64,000 nucleotides of DNA from an uncultured Spirochaetota bacterium (GTDB lineage Bacteria; Spirochaetota; Brevinematia; Brevinematales; JAOACQ01), in the NCBI GenBank assembly GCA_963783575.1, contig CAWAOD010000012.1:25732-89731 (forward strand), given 5' to 3'. Under the pieces are notes generated by a model, which did no database searches, was not told the origin of the DNA, and saw nothing but the letters and a program-made list of their open reading frames with translations. Numbering within the stretch: position 1 is the first letter of the stretch; each line of letters starts with the position of its first letter. Shown here piece after piece: positions 50,981 to 62,271 of the stretch. Made by a program: the position numbers and the translations under genes.

Positions 50981-51919
50981 ATGCCTAAAGTTCAAAAAAA
51001 TATCTGTGTTTTCGGTATAGGCGGTGTTGGAGGATATTTCGGCGGTAAGCTGGCATACTGCGTCTCAAAAATGAATATTGAATCGGAAAAAATATTTTTT
51101 ATAGCCAGAGGACAGCATCTGGATGAGATTAAAAAATCAGGCCTTTTATTAAATACTTCTTCGGATGGTTCTATGATTTGCAAACCAGAGATGGCAGCGG
51201 TAAGTATTTCGGAAATCCCGGCGCCAGATATTGTTTTATTATGCGTTAAAAGCTATGATCTCGACAGCGCAGTCAAAGATTTATCGAAGGTTGTCAAAGA
51301 CAATACCATTATTCTGCCTCTTCTCAACGGCGTTAATATTTATGAAAGAATAAGATCAGAATTAAAAAAAGGGATCGTTCTTCCGGCCTGCGTTTATGTC
51401 GGAACTCATATTGAAAAGCCGGGAATCGTATCGCAAAAAGGCGGAGACGGTATGATCATTTTTGGAAAAGATCCGAAATATCCCGATTTTTATCCTGAAT
51501 ATTTGATCGAATTATTCGATAGAACTGGAATTAAATACCGCTGGGAAACAGATCCCTTTCCGGCTATCTGGGAAAAATATATATTTATAGCTTCTTTTGG
51601 ACTGATAACCGCCTTCTCAGGCAAAACTCTTGGAGAAGTAATGGCAGATAGCATATTGAAGAACAAAGTAAGAGAAATTATGATGGAAATAATAGCAATC
51701 GCATTAAAAAAAGGAATTAAACTTCCGGATTCAATCCTTGATATATCTCTTGAAAAAGCCGGCCAATTTCCCTTTGAAACAAAAACCTCCTATCAGCGTG
51801 ATGTAGAATCCATCGGGAAAAGGAGTGAAGGTGATTTATTCGGCGAGACAATAATTAAAATGGGTGTTGAGACAGGTAAACCGACACCGGTAACAGAATC
51901 TGTTTTTGAAAAGTTATGA
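50981..51919 (+). CDS. panE: Ketopantoate reductase family protein
   Basis: GIGGVGGYFG, LCVKSYD, LLNG, IWEKY, TSYQRD, SE. Confidence 0.88.
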   Translation: MPKVQKNICVFGIGGVGGYFGGKLAYCVSKMNIESEKIFFIARGQHLDEIKKSGLLLNTSSDGSMICKPEMAAVSISEIPAPDIVLLCVKSYDLDSAVKDLSKVVKDNTIILPLLNGVNIYERIRSELKKGIVLPACVYVGTHIEKPGIVSQKGGDGMIIFGKDPKYPDFYPEYLIELFDRTGIKYRWETDPFPAIWEKYIFIASFGLITAFSGKTLGEVMADSILKNKVREIMMEIIAIALKKGIKLPDSILDISLEKAGQFPFETKTSYQRDVESIGKRSEGDLFGETIIKMGVETGKPTPVTESVFEKL

Positions 51920-52689
51920 TAAAAATAAATAATTCCACAATAAGGTTTTCCAGCCGGGTTGATAATTATATAAAATACCGGCCCCATTACCCAGTTGAAC
52001 TTATTACGTTTTTTATCGATAAAATTCATCTGAACAAAACTTGGGTAATTGCTGATATCGGATCGGGAACAGGCATATCTTCGGAACAATTCCTAAAATA
52101 TGGCAATAAAGTATTTTGTGTCGAACCGAACAAAGAGATGCGTGAGGCAGCCGAGAAGATGCTATTCGGATTATTTCCCGGTTTTATTAGTGTTGACGGG
52201 ACCGCTGAAAACACTACCCTGCCGGAAAAATCTGTAGATTTTATAATATCCGGGCAGGCTTTTCACTGGTTTGATCAGTTTAAATCAAAACTTGAGTTTA
52301 AAAGAATCTTGAAAAAAGGCGGTTATACTGCGCTTTTCTGGAATGAGAGAAGAGTTTCGGACAGCTATTTCTTGGAAGCATATGAATCATTATTAAAGAA
52401 ATACGCCAACGATTATGAAAAAGTATGCCATAAAAATAATGATGAAAATAAACTGGATGCCTTTTTCACAAAGGGTAATTATCAAACAGCCTGTTTTTCG
52501 AATTTTCAAATGGAAGACTGGGAAGGACTGAAAGGGCGATGTTTATCATCATCATACATACCGCTTGAAGGAGAGAAAAATTATAATATCTTAATGGATG
52601 AGTTAAAAAGAATTTTTAATACTTACAACATAAACGGTAATATAAGAATTAATTATGACACTAAAATCTATTATGGGAAGCTTTTATAA
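51916..52689 (+). CDS. Class I SAM-dependent methyltransferase
   Basis: YRPHYP, ADIGSGTG, VEPN, QAFHWF. Confidence 0.92.
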   Translation: MIKINNSTIRFSSRVDNYIKYRPHYPVELITFFIDKIHLNKTWVIADIGSGTGISSEQFLKYGNKVFCVEPNKEMREAAEKMLFGLFPGFISVDGTAENTTLPEKSVDFIISGQAFHWFDQFKSKLEFKRILKKGGYTALFWNERRVSDSYFLEAYESLLKKYANDYEKVCHKNNDENKLDAFFTKGNYQTACFSNFQMEDWEGLKGRCLSSSYIPLEGEKNYNILMDELKRIFNTYNINGNIRINYDTKIYYGKLL

Positions 52690-52778
52690 GCTATTACCGA
52701 AACAATTCATCATCCGGACGTAAGTAAAATATGAAAAATATGAATATAAATGATTTTAATATAAACTTTCCTCTCATT

Positions 52779-54344
52779 TTATTCTCTTGTGGCTTCCACA
52801 TCACCGATGGTAAGTCTGAAATAGCCGCAGCTAGTCATTTTTTCATGCGAATTCATTTCAATACCTAAACCACTCAAAGGAAAATCTAGAATATGATTTA
52901 TTTTAGCATTACTCGGCTGGTATGGAGTCCTGAATTTAAATGATTTAAAAGGAATGCAGACCTGGTTCCATCCCTGCCAGTCATCCTTCATCCAGTACCA
53001 GTATAATTCATTTCCTTTATCAAAGATTTGTATAAAATAAGGTCTTTGGGTCATTCGTCCAAAAATCCATAATTTTAAAGTGTTTATATCCTTCCAGTCA
53101 ATATTTTTAAAATATTCATTGCCAAAGAATATATTAGCATATCCTCCTTTTGGATTAACAAAATAATTAATCGAAAAACATTTTCTATCATGAAATATAT
53201 AATTTGTATTACGAGCAAATTTTGCAATGCTGTTTTCACTATTATAAAGTCTGGATACTGGCATATAATCTGTCGTTAATGCATACACCACAAATTTATC
53301 TTTTGGTATTATCAAATTCTTAGACTCACCGTCTGATAAATAAAAGGTATCCCAGTAATAATTATTTTTAGTCTTATTTAATACTTGCAATGAATATAAA
53401 TCTTCCGCCTGAATGTTAGATATATCTTCATCCATTTTTACCTCATCGCCGTTAAGAAAGATTTGAAATTTTTCATCGGGGGTTTGGTTAGTCATTGTAA
53501 AACGGACCTTTCCCAGTGCGGAATAGCTGAAATTGGTCATTTCCCCAGGCTTTAGCATAACCGATGAATTGAAAACAATCCTGTAATCTGTTAAGTCCCT
53601 TAACTTGACGGTATAAACTGCATTCGGCAGTATCTTAAGATTTAAACTATAAGCATTGTTAGTAATCTTAGAAACTAATTTGTTATTTATTATAAGAGCG
53701 TAAGATCCTTTGCCGATTTTAAAATTACCAAAGTTCAGAAAGGCTAACTTTACATTTTGGTTTAAGGTTAAGCTGATGATATTGGAAAGCATAGCATCCA
53801 TAGTATCAAAAATATCCGCATCCAGGGTTGTTTTATATGTGCCGGCATTGCTTATTCCCAAAACCCTGTTCCATATCTTCATCTGAATTTGTGCTGTCGG
53901 ATCTGTTTTTTTACCCTTAAGGGCATAATCACCATAAATGATTATATTAGCCTGATAGTTGCTGAATATTTCCTCAGATGTAATAATTTTCCCACTTAAA
54001 AATGTTGAATTCATTCCGGATAAAACATCTTTATCCGGAACATTAAATGATGGCACTGTATAGAGAAATGCATATAGCTCATTCTGAACGATTGTTTTCA
54101 CTATCTTTGAATTCGGGTAGGCGGCCTGGTCGGATTTATCTTCAAAGGGCAGGATTAATACCTTCAATTGATTTGAGATTTCGGTTGTTTCTTCTGTAGT
54201 AAAGATTGCATTTGTTTCAATATCGATTTCCTCTTCCAAAAAATGCTTTTCTTCTTTTACAACATCTTCCTGTGGCCCACAGGAAAACATGACAGTTAAA
54301 AAAAATAGGAATAAAAATGATTTTAGAACAAATTTTACAATCAT
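52779..54344 (-). CDS. Lipoprotein with C-terminal CBM11/CIA30-like carbohydrate-binding domain
   Basis: Lipobox MFSC; KVLILPFED N-domain; C-terminal DWKDINTLKLWIFG...DDWQGWNQVCIPFKSF. Confidence 0.6.
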   Translation of the reverse strand: MIVKFVLKSFLFLFFLTVMFSCGPQEDVVKEEKHFLEEEIDIETNAIFTTEETTEISNQLKVLILPFEDKSDQAAYPNSKIVKTIVQNELYAFLYTVPSFNVPDKDVLSGMNSTFLSGKIITSEEIFSNYQANIIIYGDYALKGKKTDPTAQIQMKIWNRVLGISNAGTYKTTLDADIFDTMDAMLSNIISLTLNQNVKLAFLNFGNFKIGKGSYALIINNKLVSKITNNAYSLNLKILPNAVYTVKLRDLTDYRIVFNSSVMLKPGEMTNFSYSALGKVRFTMTNQTPDEKFQIFLNGDEVKMDEDISNIQAEDLYSLQVLNKTKNNYYWDTFYLSDGESKNLIIPKDKFVVYALTTDYMPVSRLYNSENSIAKFARNTNYIFHDRKCFSINYFVNPKGGYANIFFGNEYFKNIDWKDINTLKLWIFGRMTQRPYFIQIFDKGNELYWYWMKDDWQGWNQVCIPFKSFKFRTPYQPSNAKINHILDFPLSGLGIEMNSHEKMTSCGYFRLTIGDVEATRE

Positions 54345-54387
54345 TATTTTCTCCTTTAATTAAATTTTATTCCCTGGTTGCTTCCAT

Positions 54388-56698
54388 TTACCCCGGTTTT
54401 ATTTGAAGCAGGATTGAAAGGATTATATATTGCCTGAGCTCTTTCTGGCGTACTACATTCGAAGCCGGCGGATGCCCCATTATATCCTCTATTACATCAT
54501 AAATAGTCTCATCGGATATGTCATTCCTTAATATTGGAAGATAACGTTTGATCTGATTATCAATTTCGATTTTATCTTTAATCTCCTGATCCTTGCGCTC
54601 TTTCGGGTCTTTGATTGCCGGCCTAATGTTCCATTCTTCAAGGCAGTCTCTCTGGAGATTTGCATAGTCCGATTCTTTTTTACCTTTAAAATATTTTTCG
54701 CAAACTTGCCGGTAATTTTTTATAAAACCTTCCCTATCTCCTTCCTTTGGTTTTTTTACGGAAATTTGATTGTCATTCTCAGCTTCTCCATAGTTTTTAT
54801 TATTTGTATCCGAATTTTTAGATATTTTTTTATGATTGATAATATTCTTTTTTTCTTCAACTATTATATCGAGAATATTTCTCGGGGCTCCTTTTTTGAA
54901 TAAATTATGCAGCCAAGAATCCAGTAATTTCAATAGAAAATAAAATCCCCTGCCGTTATATAATTCATTTATAACTTCCGATCTGCTCAAACCAAGGAGT
55001 GACAACAAAGAGATGATTGAACCGTCATTCTTAAAGAATTCATTTATGTTCAATTTTTGCCTGACACAGATTTTTTTAAGCCAAACGGGATATTTTTCAA
55101 AGAAACGATAAATATCATATAAAATCGGATAAGAATCGGGTATAATTTTCTTAATATATTCAATAAAGCGGCGATTATCTTTAAGTAATATAGAAGTCTG
55201 ATTCAGGCCAGTATCCGGTCCGCCTGAGTAAATATTTGTAAACAGGCGGTCTTTCAGCGGGTAAATCAGGAATTTTAAGTACAATCCCGGATTATTTCTA
55301 TCGCGGCTTCTGGCAGAATTTAATTGCCCTGTAAAAATACTTAATATGCTGCTGTTTTTTATATAATATTCCTCATCCAGCCCAGGCCGGAACCTAAGAA
55401 TTATTTTAAAAAAATCATCATCATCGATTTTATCGGTTTGATTTAAATAGTTCTCTATTTCACCTGATTTTGTTATTTGTTTTATTATTTCTTCAAGTTC
55501 GGATAACCCATGCTGGTTAATAAAATGTTCACAATATTCGATAATTTCCTGCCGCAATACAATTCTATTATTGGCTTCAAAAAGCATACTTATTGTATCT
55601 TCCGCCTGTTTCCTTTCAAGCTTTATCATTTCCTGATCCTTATCATAGGAATACCAGGACGTCATTAAAACTGCAGCCTGTACGCCGCTTGTTTGTAAAG
55701 ATGATGCTTTGTACCTTGGAAAAACATGCTTTACTAATATATGATACACCGAAGTCCATACGTCATAATATTTTAATCTATCAGAATCGTTCATTTTAAT
55801 AATAGAATTTAAGTTATAATCTTCCGATGGATATAAAATTTTCAGATTATTATTGATTACAGCAAGGTCGTATGCTTTTTTTTCATCGGAATGAAATTCT
55901 TTAATGATACCGTCAATCCTGGCTTTTACTATAGTATACAGGTTGACAAATTGTGTTCTTGTCAACAACACCGGTTCGGTATAATGTTTTTTAGTTTGGG
56001 TATTAGTTTTTGGGTCAAATTCTGTAAGGTTAAAATATAGCATAATCAAATCTTTAAAATTTTTTTCATACAGAGTCCGGTTAAAATCCGCAACATCAAG
56101 TCTTTGCAAATTATCTCCAAGCTGAGACAACAGTTTTTCAGAGTCCTGATGCAGCGACAATGCAGCATCTTTTACGGCCGGTAAAGGTACGGAGTTATTT
56201 CTCAATATTTGTTCCCATTCCTGATTCAAAAATTTCTGGATTTTTTCTATTATTTTATCAGATTTGTTCTGATCCGCAGTATTTATGACAGAAACTGACG
56301 GTTCGGGCAATAACCAGATTTTCATGTTCATATTTATCAGAAAGATATTTCGTATCACAAAACTTATAATGTTTCATATTTTCAAGAAACTCGATTATAT
56401 ATGGACGCAGGCTTTCCTTGGTTTTAGGAAAATGAGGCGCATTGATCACACTGACCCGGTTTAATACATAATCAAAAAAATCCATAATAGTAATATAAGC
56501 ACCGATTTTTTTCTGTTCCGAATCAACAATTGCCTGACATAATTGTTCGAATAATAATTTAGCTATCGGGGCATGGTTAAGGTATACAAAGCCTCTTTTA
56601 TCAAACCAGGCTTCTTTCTCCGTAAACGACAGGGCAAGAAAATTATGCACATATACCGGTACGGTTAAAATTTCATTGCTATTTCCCTGAATTTCCAT
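54388..56698 (-). CDS. Hypothetical protein, probably one gene split by a frameshift near 56310
   Basis: ORFs 56258-56743 (likely ATG 56698) and 54388-56358 overlap by ~100 nt on the same strand; no RBS seen for the second. Confidence 0.55.
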
Positions 56699-56758
56699 AA
56701 TAAAGTATTTTATAACTTTGTATAAAATTATGCAAAAAAGCAAGTGGTCTGTATTATA

Positions 56759-56842
56759 CTAAACTGAGCGCTTATTCAATAATAACTCCCCTCCTTGATA
56801 AGGAGGGGAATAGTTTTAACAAATATAAATCGCTCAGTTTAG
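56759..56842. mobile_element. MITE-like 84-bp element
   Basis: Perfect 12-bp terminal inverted repeats CTAAACTGAGCG / CGCTCAGTTTAG enclosing the hairpin TCCCCTCCTT-GAT-AAGGAGGGGA. Confidence 0.55.
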
Positions 56843-57014
56843 GTTATAAATAATCTGGCTCATAAATGATGGTTAGATTTTAATAATCTTCAGGCATGAT
56901 TATAAGTTGCATTTCTATACACTATTTTTTATAATAGAGTTTAATTGGAATGGATCATTATTTAACATTACTTTTATTTCCCGATAATTGTTCAATATAA
57001 TTCTTGGAGGCGAT

Positions 57015-57542
57015 ATGAAACAAATTCAGATTGAACGAGAGCGGATATTATCGGTATTAAAAAAAGTAAAAATTTTTAGTTACTTAAGTGAACATGATCT
57101 TGATGAGATCCTGAAAATTTGCAAAATTTTTGAATTCGATGAAAAAGAAAAGATTATATCCGAAGGCGATATAAACCCATACTTATATGCCGTAATAAAA
57201 GGAACTGTCAGTGTAATAGTCAGGGAAATGAATGGAAAGGAGGTTTATATCAGTTCAATCGGCAAGAGTGATATTTTTGGCGAAGCCGGCCTGTTTGTTA
57301 ACGTTAAGAGGACAGCAAACGTTGTCGCAATGACGATCGTTGAAGCCATTCAGATAGAGCGGAAGGGTTTTATTACTTTTATCAAACAAAATCAAAACGG
57401 CGGATTAACTATTCTAATGCTGATAATATACAGCCTTCTTCAGAAATTAAGGGAAGCAAACCAGGAACTGGCTTTTGAGCGGAAATCATTTTACAATCAG
57501 GAAGAAGTGGATAATCTGATCCAGGGATTATTAACGGAATAG
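57015..57542 (+). CDS. Stand-alone cyclic nucleotide-binding domain protein
   Basis: IISEGD, GTVSV, IFGEAG, RTANV; no C-terminal HTH; GGAGG RBS before ATG 57015. Confidence 0.88.
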   Translation: MKQIQIERERILSVLKKVKIFSYLSEHDLDEILKICKIFEFDEKEKIISEGDINPYLYAVIKGTVSVIVREMNGKEVYISSIGKSDIFGEAGLFVNVKRTANVVAMTIVEAIQIERKGFITFIKQNQNGGLTILMLIIYSLLQKLREANQELAFERKSFYNQEEVDNLIQGLLTE

Positions 57543-57546
57543 CTTA

Positions 57547-57581
57547 TTAGCTGTTAGCCGCTAGTCTCTAGTCGCTAGCTA
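57547..57581. repeat. Five degenerate 7-bp tandem repeats
   Basis: TTAGCTG TTAGCCG CTAGTCT CTAGTCG CTAGCTA. Confidence 0.6.
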
Positions 57582-57795
57582 AGTAACGGAAGGGGTTGCA
57601 GTATTTTAGAATTAATTAATACCATTAAAAGCTAATGATAAATTTAATCAAATAACTTCCAACCGATATCAATAATATTTTTGAAAATAAGCTTTTTTGT
57701 AACTGCTCAGTCAATAATGCCTTATTTAATTGTTGTTTGGCTGAATATTTAACTTTTTTTGTTTAATTTTTGTCTATTGAAGGTGATTATTTTTT

Positions 57796-58729
57796 ATGGC
57801 AGAGTTTGTAATTGAAGTCGATTCCATTCAGAAAAGCTTTGGAAGCCTAAAAGCAGTCCGGAATTTCAGCTTCCGGGTTGAAAAAGCGGAATGTTTCGGT
57901 TTTCTTGGACCCAATGGCGCAGGTAAGACTACAATGATGAAGATGATTTACGGCAAGGCGCTTCGAGATAATGACAGTCAAGGCAGGATCAGTGTTTTCG
58001 GTTTTGACCCTGCCGGAAGCGAACTGGAAATCAAAGCAATGTCAGGCATTGTTCCGCAGGAAGATAACCTTGACACTGAGCTTAACGTAATTGAAAATCT
58101 GCTTATTTATTCCAGACTTTACGGAATACCGAAAAAGACCGCCCTGGAAAGAATCCGGACTTTACTGGAATTTATGGAGCTTTCCGAAAAATCCAGATCC
58201 AGGATAAACGATCTGTCAGGCGGACATGAAGCGAAGGCTCATTATAGCTAGGGCTTTGTTAAATAACCCGAAGCTTTTAATTCTTGATGAGCCGACGACC
58301 GGGCTCGATCCCCAGGTCAGGCACATGATCTGGGGCAAGCTCAGAAAGTTAAAAAACGAAGGCGTTACCATTCTGCTGACAACCCACTATATGGATGAGG
58401 CTTTTGAGATTTGCGACAAGATAATTATTATGAATAAGGGTGAAAAGGTAATGGAAGGAAGACCCAGGGATTTGATAAAAAAGAATATCGAAAATTATGC
58501 TTTACAGGTTTTGAACAAAAATGGCATAGACTGCCTGAAGGGAATGATGATAGAGAATCTTTCCCGCCTGGAAGAGTCCGATGACTTGATGGTTATATAT
58601 TCAAATGATCTCAAACATCTTGAAGAATTGGCCGAATGCCTTACTGCCGGTGAATTTTTTATCCGGCAGTCCAATCTTGAGGACCTCTTTTTAAAAACGA
58701 CCGGGAGGGGACTGGATGAGGAGCAATAA
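57796..58729 (+). pseudogene. ABC-2 exporter ATP-binding subunit (NodI/DrrA-like) with a +1 frameshift in the signature motif
   Basis: Walker A GPNGAGKT in the first ORF; CTGTCAGGCGGA-C-ATGAAGCGA splits LSGG|MKRRL; Walker [13 protein letters not shown] in the second ORF. Confidence 0.88.
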
Positions 58730-59501
58730 AATTCGCGTACCGTCATTGGCAAACAGAATATTCAGCGTCTGGTACCGCCATATGAAGGTATATACTAAAA
58801 ATATTTTAAGCAACGGATTCCCTCCGTTTATCGATCCTTTAATATTTTTAGCCGGGATCGGACTGGGTCTTGGGGTTTTTATCAAGAATATGGACGGTGT
58901 CCCTTACCTTCAATTTCTTGCAACCGGGCTTCTTATTTCAACCGCTATGATGACATCGGCTTTCGAATGTTCTTACGGAACTTTTATCCGTCTCGAGTTC
59001 GATAAGATCTATGACGGTATGATAGCTTCGCCGATAACTGTGAATAATCTTTTCATCGGTGAAATTCTCTGGGCGGGCACAAAAGGATTCTTTTTCTCTT
59101 TTGCCGTTCTGATTGTGATGTCAGCTTTCGGGATTATTCATAATTTCCAGAGCTTTTTAACACCTTTTGTAGGATTTCTGACGGGCCTTCTGTTTTCTTC
59201 ATTTTCCCTCTTTATTACATCATTTGTAAAAACCATCGATCATTTCAATTTCTATTTTACCGGCTTTCTTTCCCCGATGTTTTTCTTTTCAGGAGTTGTA
59301 TTCCCGGTTTCAAGCCTCCCGGTTCCTTTGCGGGTAGCGGCTGAAATTGTTCCTCTTACCCACCCTATAAGGATAGCCAGGTCTATTTGCTTCAGCAGAT
59401 ATGATCATTTTTTCTTTTATGATCTCGCATATATAATAATTTTCATTCTGGTTTTCAGTTATTTATCGATTAACAGACTTCGAAAAAAAATTATCGATTA
59501 A
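58716..59501 (+). CDS. ABC-2 permease (NodJ-like)
   Basis: Six TMs; [28 protein letters not shown]. Confidence 0.9.
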   Translation: MRSNKIRVPSLANRIFSVWYRHMKVYTKNILSNGFPPFIDPLIFLAGIGLGLGVFIKNMDGVPYLQFLATGLLISTAMMTSAFECSYGTFIRLEFDKIYDGMIASPITVNNLFIGEILWAGTKGFFFSFAVLIVMSAFGIIHNFQSFLTPFVGFLTGLLFSSFSLFITSFVKTIDHFNFYFTGFLSPMFFFSGVVFPVSSLPVPLRVAAEIVPLTHPIRIARSICFSRYDHFFFYDLAYIIIFILVFSYLSINRLRKKIID

Positions 59502-59511
59502 AGGGGGAGTT

Positions 59512-60219
59512 ATGATTCGTACAGTTTTATTCTTTATTTTTGTCGGCATCTGCCTGATATTGACTATTCTTCTGTTTATACCGTATTTTTTTATAAGTCT
59601 GACCGGATCAAAACAGCTGAAAATGAAATACATGGAGTTCATAAGCATGAATTGGTCAAAATTTATGATCTGGGGAACAGGGTCAAAGGTTGAAGTTGAA
59701 GGACTGGAAAATATACCAGTTAATAACGCGCTTTTTGTAAGCAACCACCAGGGCGATTTCGATATTATTCTAATCCTGGGTTATATTCCACGGCACATCG
59801 GATTTATGGCAAAAGCGGAACTGGATAGAATACCCATACTGAATATATGGATGAGAATACTGCGCTGTGTTTTTATGGATAGAAAAAGTTTGAAAAAGTC
59901 CGCAATTGCTATATCGAAAGGGATTGAACATCTGAAAGAGGGGTATTCCCTGGTGATCTTTCCTGAAGGCACGAGAAGCAGGGGCGGCCCGATGAAGAAA
60001 TTCAAGCAGGGAAGCCTGAAACTGGCAATTAAATCGGGAGTGCCGATTGTTCCCGTAACAATCAGCGGAAGCTACCATGTTTTTGAAGAGACAGGAAGAA
60101 TCAAGCCTTCAAAAGTAAAAATGACGGTTCATCCGTTCATTAGCCTGGAAAAGCTTTCCGATATTGAAAAGGAAGCTTTAGTACAGAAAGTTGAACAGCA
60201 GATAGAATCTGCTTTATAA
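59512..60219 (+). CDS. plsC: 1-acyl-sn-glycerol-3-phosphate acyltransferase
   Basis: NHQGDFD, MAKAEL, FMDR, IFPEGTRS, VPIVP. Confidence 0.93.
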   Translation: MIRTVLFFIFVGICLILTILLFIPYFFISLTGSKQLKMKYMEFISMNWSKFMIWGTGSKVEVEGLENIPVNNALFVSNHQGDFDIILILGYIPRHIGFMAKAELDRIPILNIWMRILRCVFMDRKSLKKSAIAISKGIEHLKEGYSLVIFPEGTRSRGGPMKKFKQGSLKLAIKSGVPIVPVTISGSYHVFEETGRIKPSKVKMTVHPFISLEKLSDIEKEALVQKVEQQIESAL

Positions 60220-60239
60220 TCCGTTGAGGCGGTATCATA

Positions 60240-60908
60240 ATGCTCAGGTTGGAAAATGTCTCAAAATATTATCATATTGCCGGTAAAAAAAGGAAAATAC
60301 TTGAAGGAATTAACTTTGAAATACATAAGGGAGAAATTGTTTCCATAACAGGTAAATCCGGCTCCGGCAAATCAACCCTGCTGAATGTCATATCCGGTAT
60401 TACAAAGCCTTCCGGCGGCAAGATTTTTTTCAATAATAAAAGGATTATTTATTTTCTGGATATCCTGACTTCCAGGATCAGAAACAGAAAAATGGGCTTT
60501 ATTTTTCAAACCTTCCGCCTGCTCCCCGGGGAAACAGTTTCATCAAACATACTTATGCCTGCAAGAATCAAAGGATGGATCGGTAAAGAAAAACGGTATT
60601 CAATATTTGAAACTTTAAAAGAACTCGGAATATTCGAATATAGAAACACTAAAGCCGGACTTCTATCCGGAGGCCAGAAACAGCGCGCCGCTATTGCAAG
60701 GGCCCTGGTAAACAGTCCCGATCTTATTCTGGCGGATGAACCGACAGCCAACCTGGATAAAGAAACATCCCTTGATATTTGCCGTATCTTGGTTGATCTT
60801 GCGAAATCCGGTTACGCCGTCCTGGCTGTTACGCATCAGGAAGACCTGTTCGCGAATTCCGACCGGGTTTATAAACTGTCTGACGGCAAACTTGAGGAGA
60901 TGTTGTAA
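60240..60908 (+). CDS. ABC ATP-binding protein (LolD/MacB-like)
   Basis: GKSGSGKST, GFIFQ, LSGGQKQR, LADEPTANLD, VTH. Confidence 0.92.
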   Translation: MLRLENVSKYYHIAGKKRKILEGINFEIHKGEIVSITGKSGSGKSTLLNVISGITKPSGGKIFFNNKRIIYFLDILTSRIRNRKMGFIFQTFRLLPGETVSSNILMPARIKGWIGKEKRYSIFETLKELGIFEYRNTKAGLLSGGQKQRAAIARALVNSPDLILADEPTANLDKETSLDICRILVDLAKSGYAVLAVTHQEDLFANSDRVYKLSDGKLEEML

Positions 60909-62173
60909 TGCAGAAACTCTTCCTGATTATCAAAGAAATTTTTTCCGGTAAATTCATAAGCCTGATTGTTTTGACCGCCGTCACATTGTCTGTTTTGACC
61001 GCCGGATCATTCCTTCTTATCGGTGATAATGTCAACAGGTATATCAACGATAAATTCGCTTCAGCCGTCCCCCCAAATATGATAAAGGTCACACCGAAAC
61101 CGCTTCCAAAGCTCGGGTTTTTTAATTTTATAGTCCGTAAACCCGCGGGAACGGTGCTTGATGATAACGCCCTGAAACGAATTTCCTTATTTAAAGGAGT
61201 TAAGTCGGTTTACCCGCTGATGGCATCACAGATTCCTATGCAGGCTTTGATCTCAATATTCGGCCTGAACTACAGAACAGATCTTATCTGCATAGGCGTA
61301 CCATATTCATTTATTTCCGGTGACATCGGCGATAAAAATTACAGGCATCTCTGGCAGACCTGGCAAAAAGGCATGGAATTGCCTGCCCTTGTACCTGATA
61401 TTCTGCTTGACGCTTACAACAACAGTATGGCCGAGCCTAACGGCCTGCCGCGAATAACCGGGGATATGGCCGTAGGAAGGCAGTTCCAGATTTTATTCGG
61501 GAAATCTTCCATAAAAACAATAGACGGGTTTGAGGTTGAAAAATCAACGGTGATAGGATTTACAGGAAAAGTCGCAAATATATGCCTTGTAATCCCCCTG
61601 CAGGCGGTTTCTTATTATAACCGGCGGTTCAAAGGCGGAGACGCGGGCGGAGAATATATGACAGCCTATATCCAGGCTGACAATCATACGGAATATTTGA
61701 AAATAATCGACCGGTTAAAAAGTATGAAATATACGGTTGAAACCGAAAAGTCGCTTTCACAGGAAATACTGGCTCTTAAAAGCAATATCGGCCTGGCAAT
61801 CCAGTCAGTTACAATAATTATTCTGATTCTTTCCATTACCGCAATCGCTTTATCGGGTATAATCGCGGCAATGGACAGGATTGATTATTACCGGATAATG
61901 AGAATCCTTGGGGCGTCAAAAGTATTTATTATCTTTACTTTGATTTTAAAATACGCCCTGATAGGATGGGCCGGAGCAAGCCTGGCTTTCTTCTGCCTTG
62001 ATTATATCCTTAAAGCTATTATACCGGGACTGCATATCCCCGGCTTCATTATAAAAACAGCAATTCCAAAGGAACTTAGCAGCAGAATCCTTGCAGCCGG
62101 CATCATTATACCCGCAATTTCAACAATTCCGGCGTTTTTCCGCTTGTTTTCAAAAGGTATGAGCGAGGATTAA
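60908..62173 (+). CDS. FtsX/MacB-like ABC permease
   Basis: TM1, large periplasmic domain, three C-terminal TMs with R.....IMRILGA motif. Confidence 0.82.
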   Translation: MQKLFLIIKEIFSGKFISLIVLTAVTLSVLTAGSFLLIGDNVNRYINDKFASAVPPNMIKVTPKPLPKLGFFNFIVRKPAGTVLDDNALKRISLFKGVKSVYPLMASQIPMQALISIFGLNYRTDLICIGVPYSFISGDIGDKNYRHLWQTWQKGMELPALVPDILLDAYNNSMAEPNGLPRITGDMAVGRQFQILFGKSSIKTIDGFEVEKSTVIGFTGKVANICLVIPLQAVSYYNRRFKGGDAGGEYMTAYIQADNHTEYLKIIDRLKSMKYTVETEKSLSQEILALKSNIGLAIQSVTIIILILSITAIALSGIIAAMDRIDYYRIMRILGASKVFIIFTLILKYALIGWAGASLAFFCLDYILKAIIPGLHIPGFIIKTAIPKELSSRILAAGIIIPAISTIPAFFRLFSKGMSED

Positions 62174-62210
62174 ATAAGGGCAGTTATAAAAACTAATTTA
62201 TGCCATAAGC

Positions 62211-62237
62211 GTCATACTGAGCTTGACGAAGTATGAC
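62211..62237. repeat. REP-like hairpin GTCATAC-TGAGCTTGACGAA-GTATGAC
   Basis: 7-bp stem; inverse-orientation partner of the hairpin interrupted by the IS. Confidence 0.7.
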
Positions 62238-62271
62238 TATAATTACATCAAAATTGTCACCCATTCGCCAA

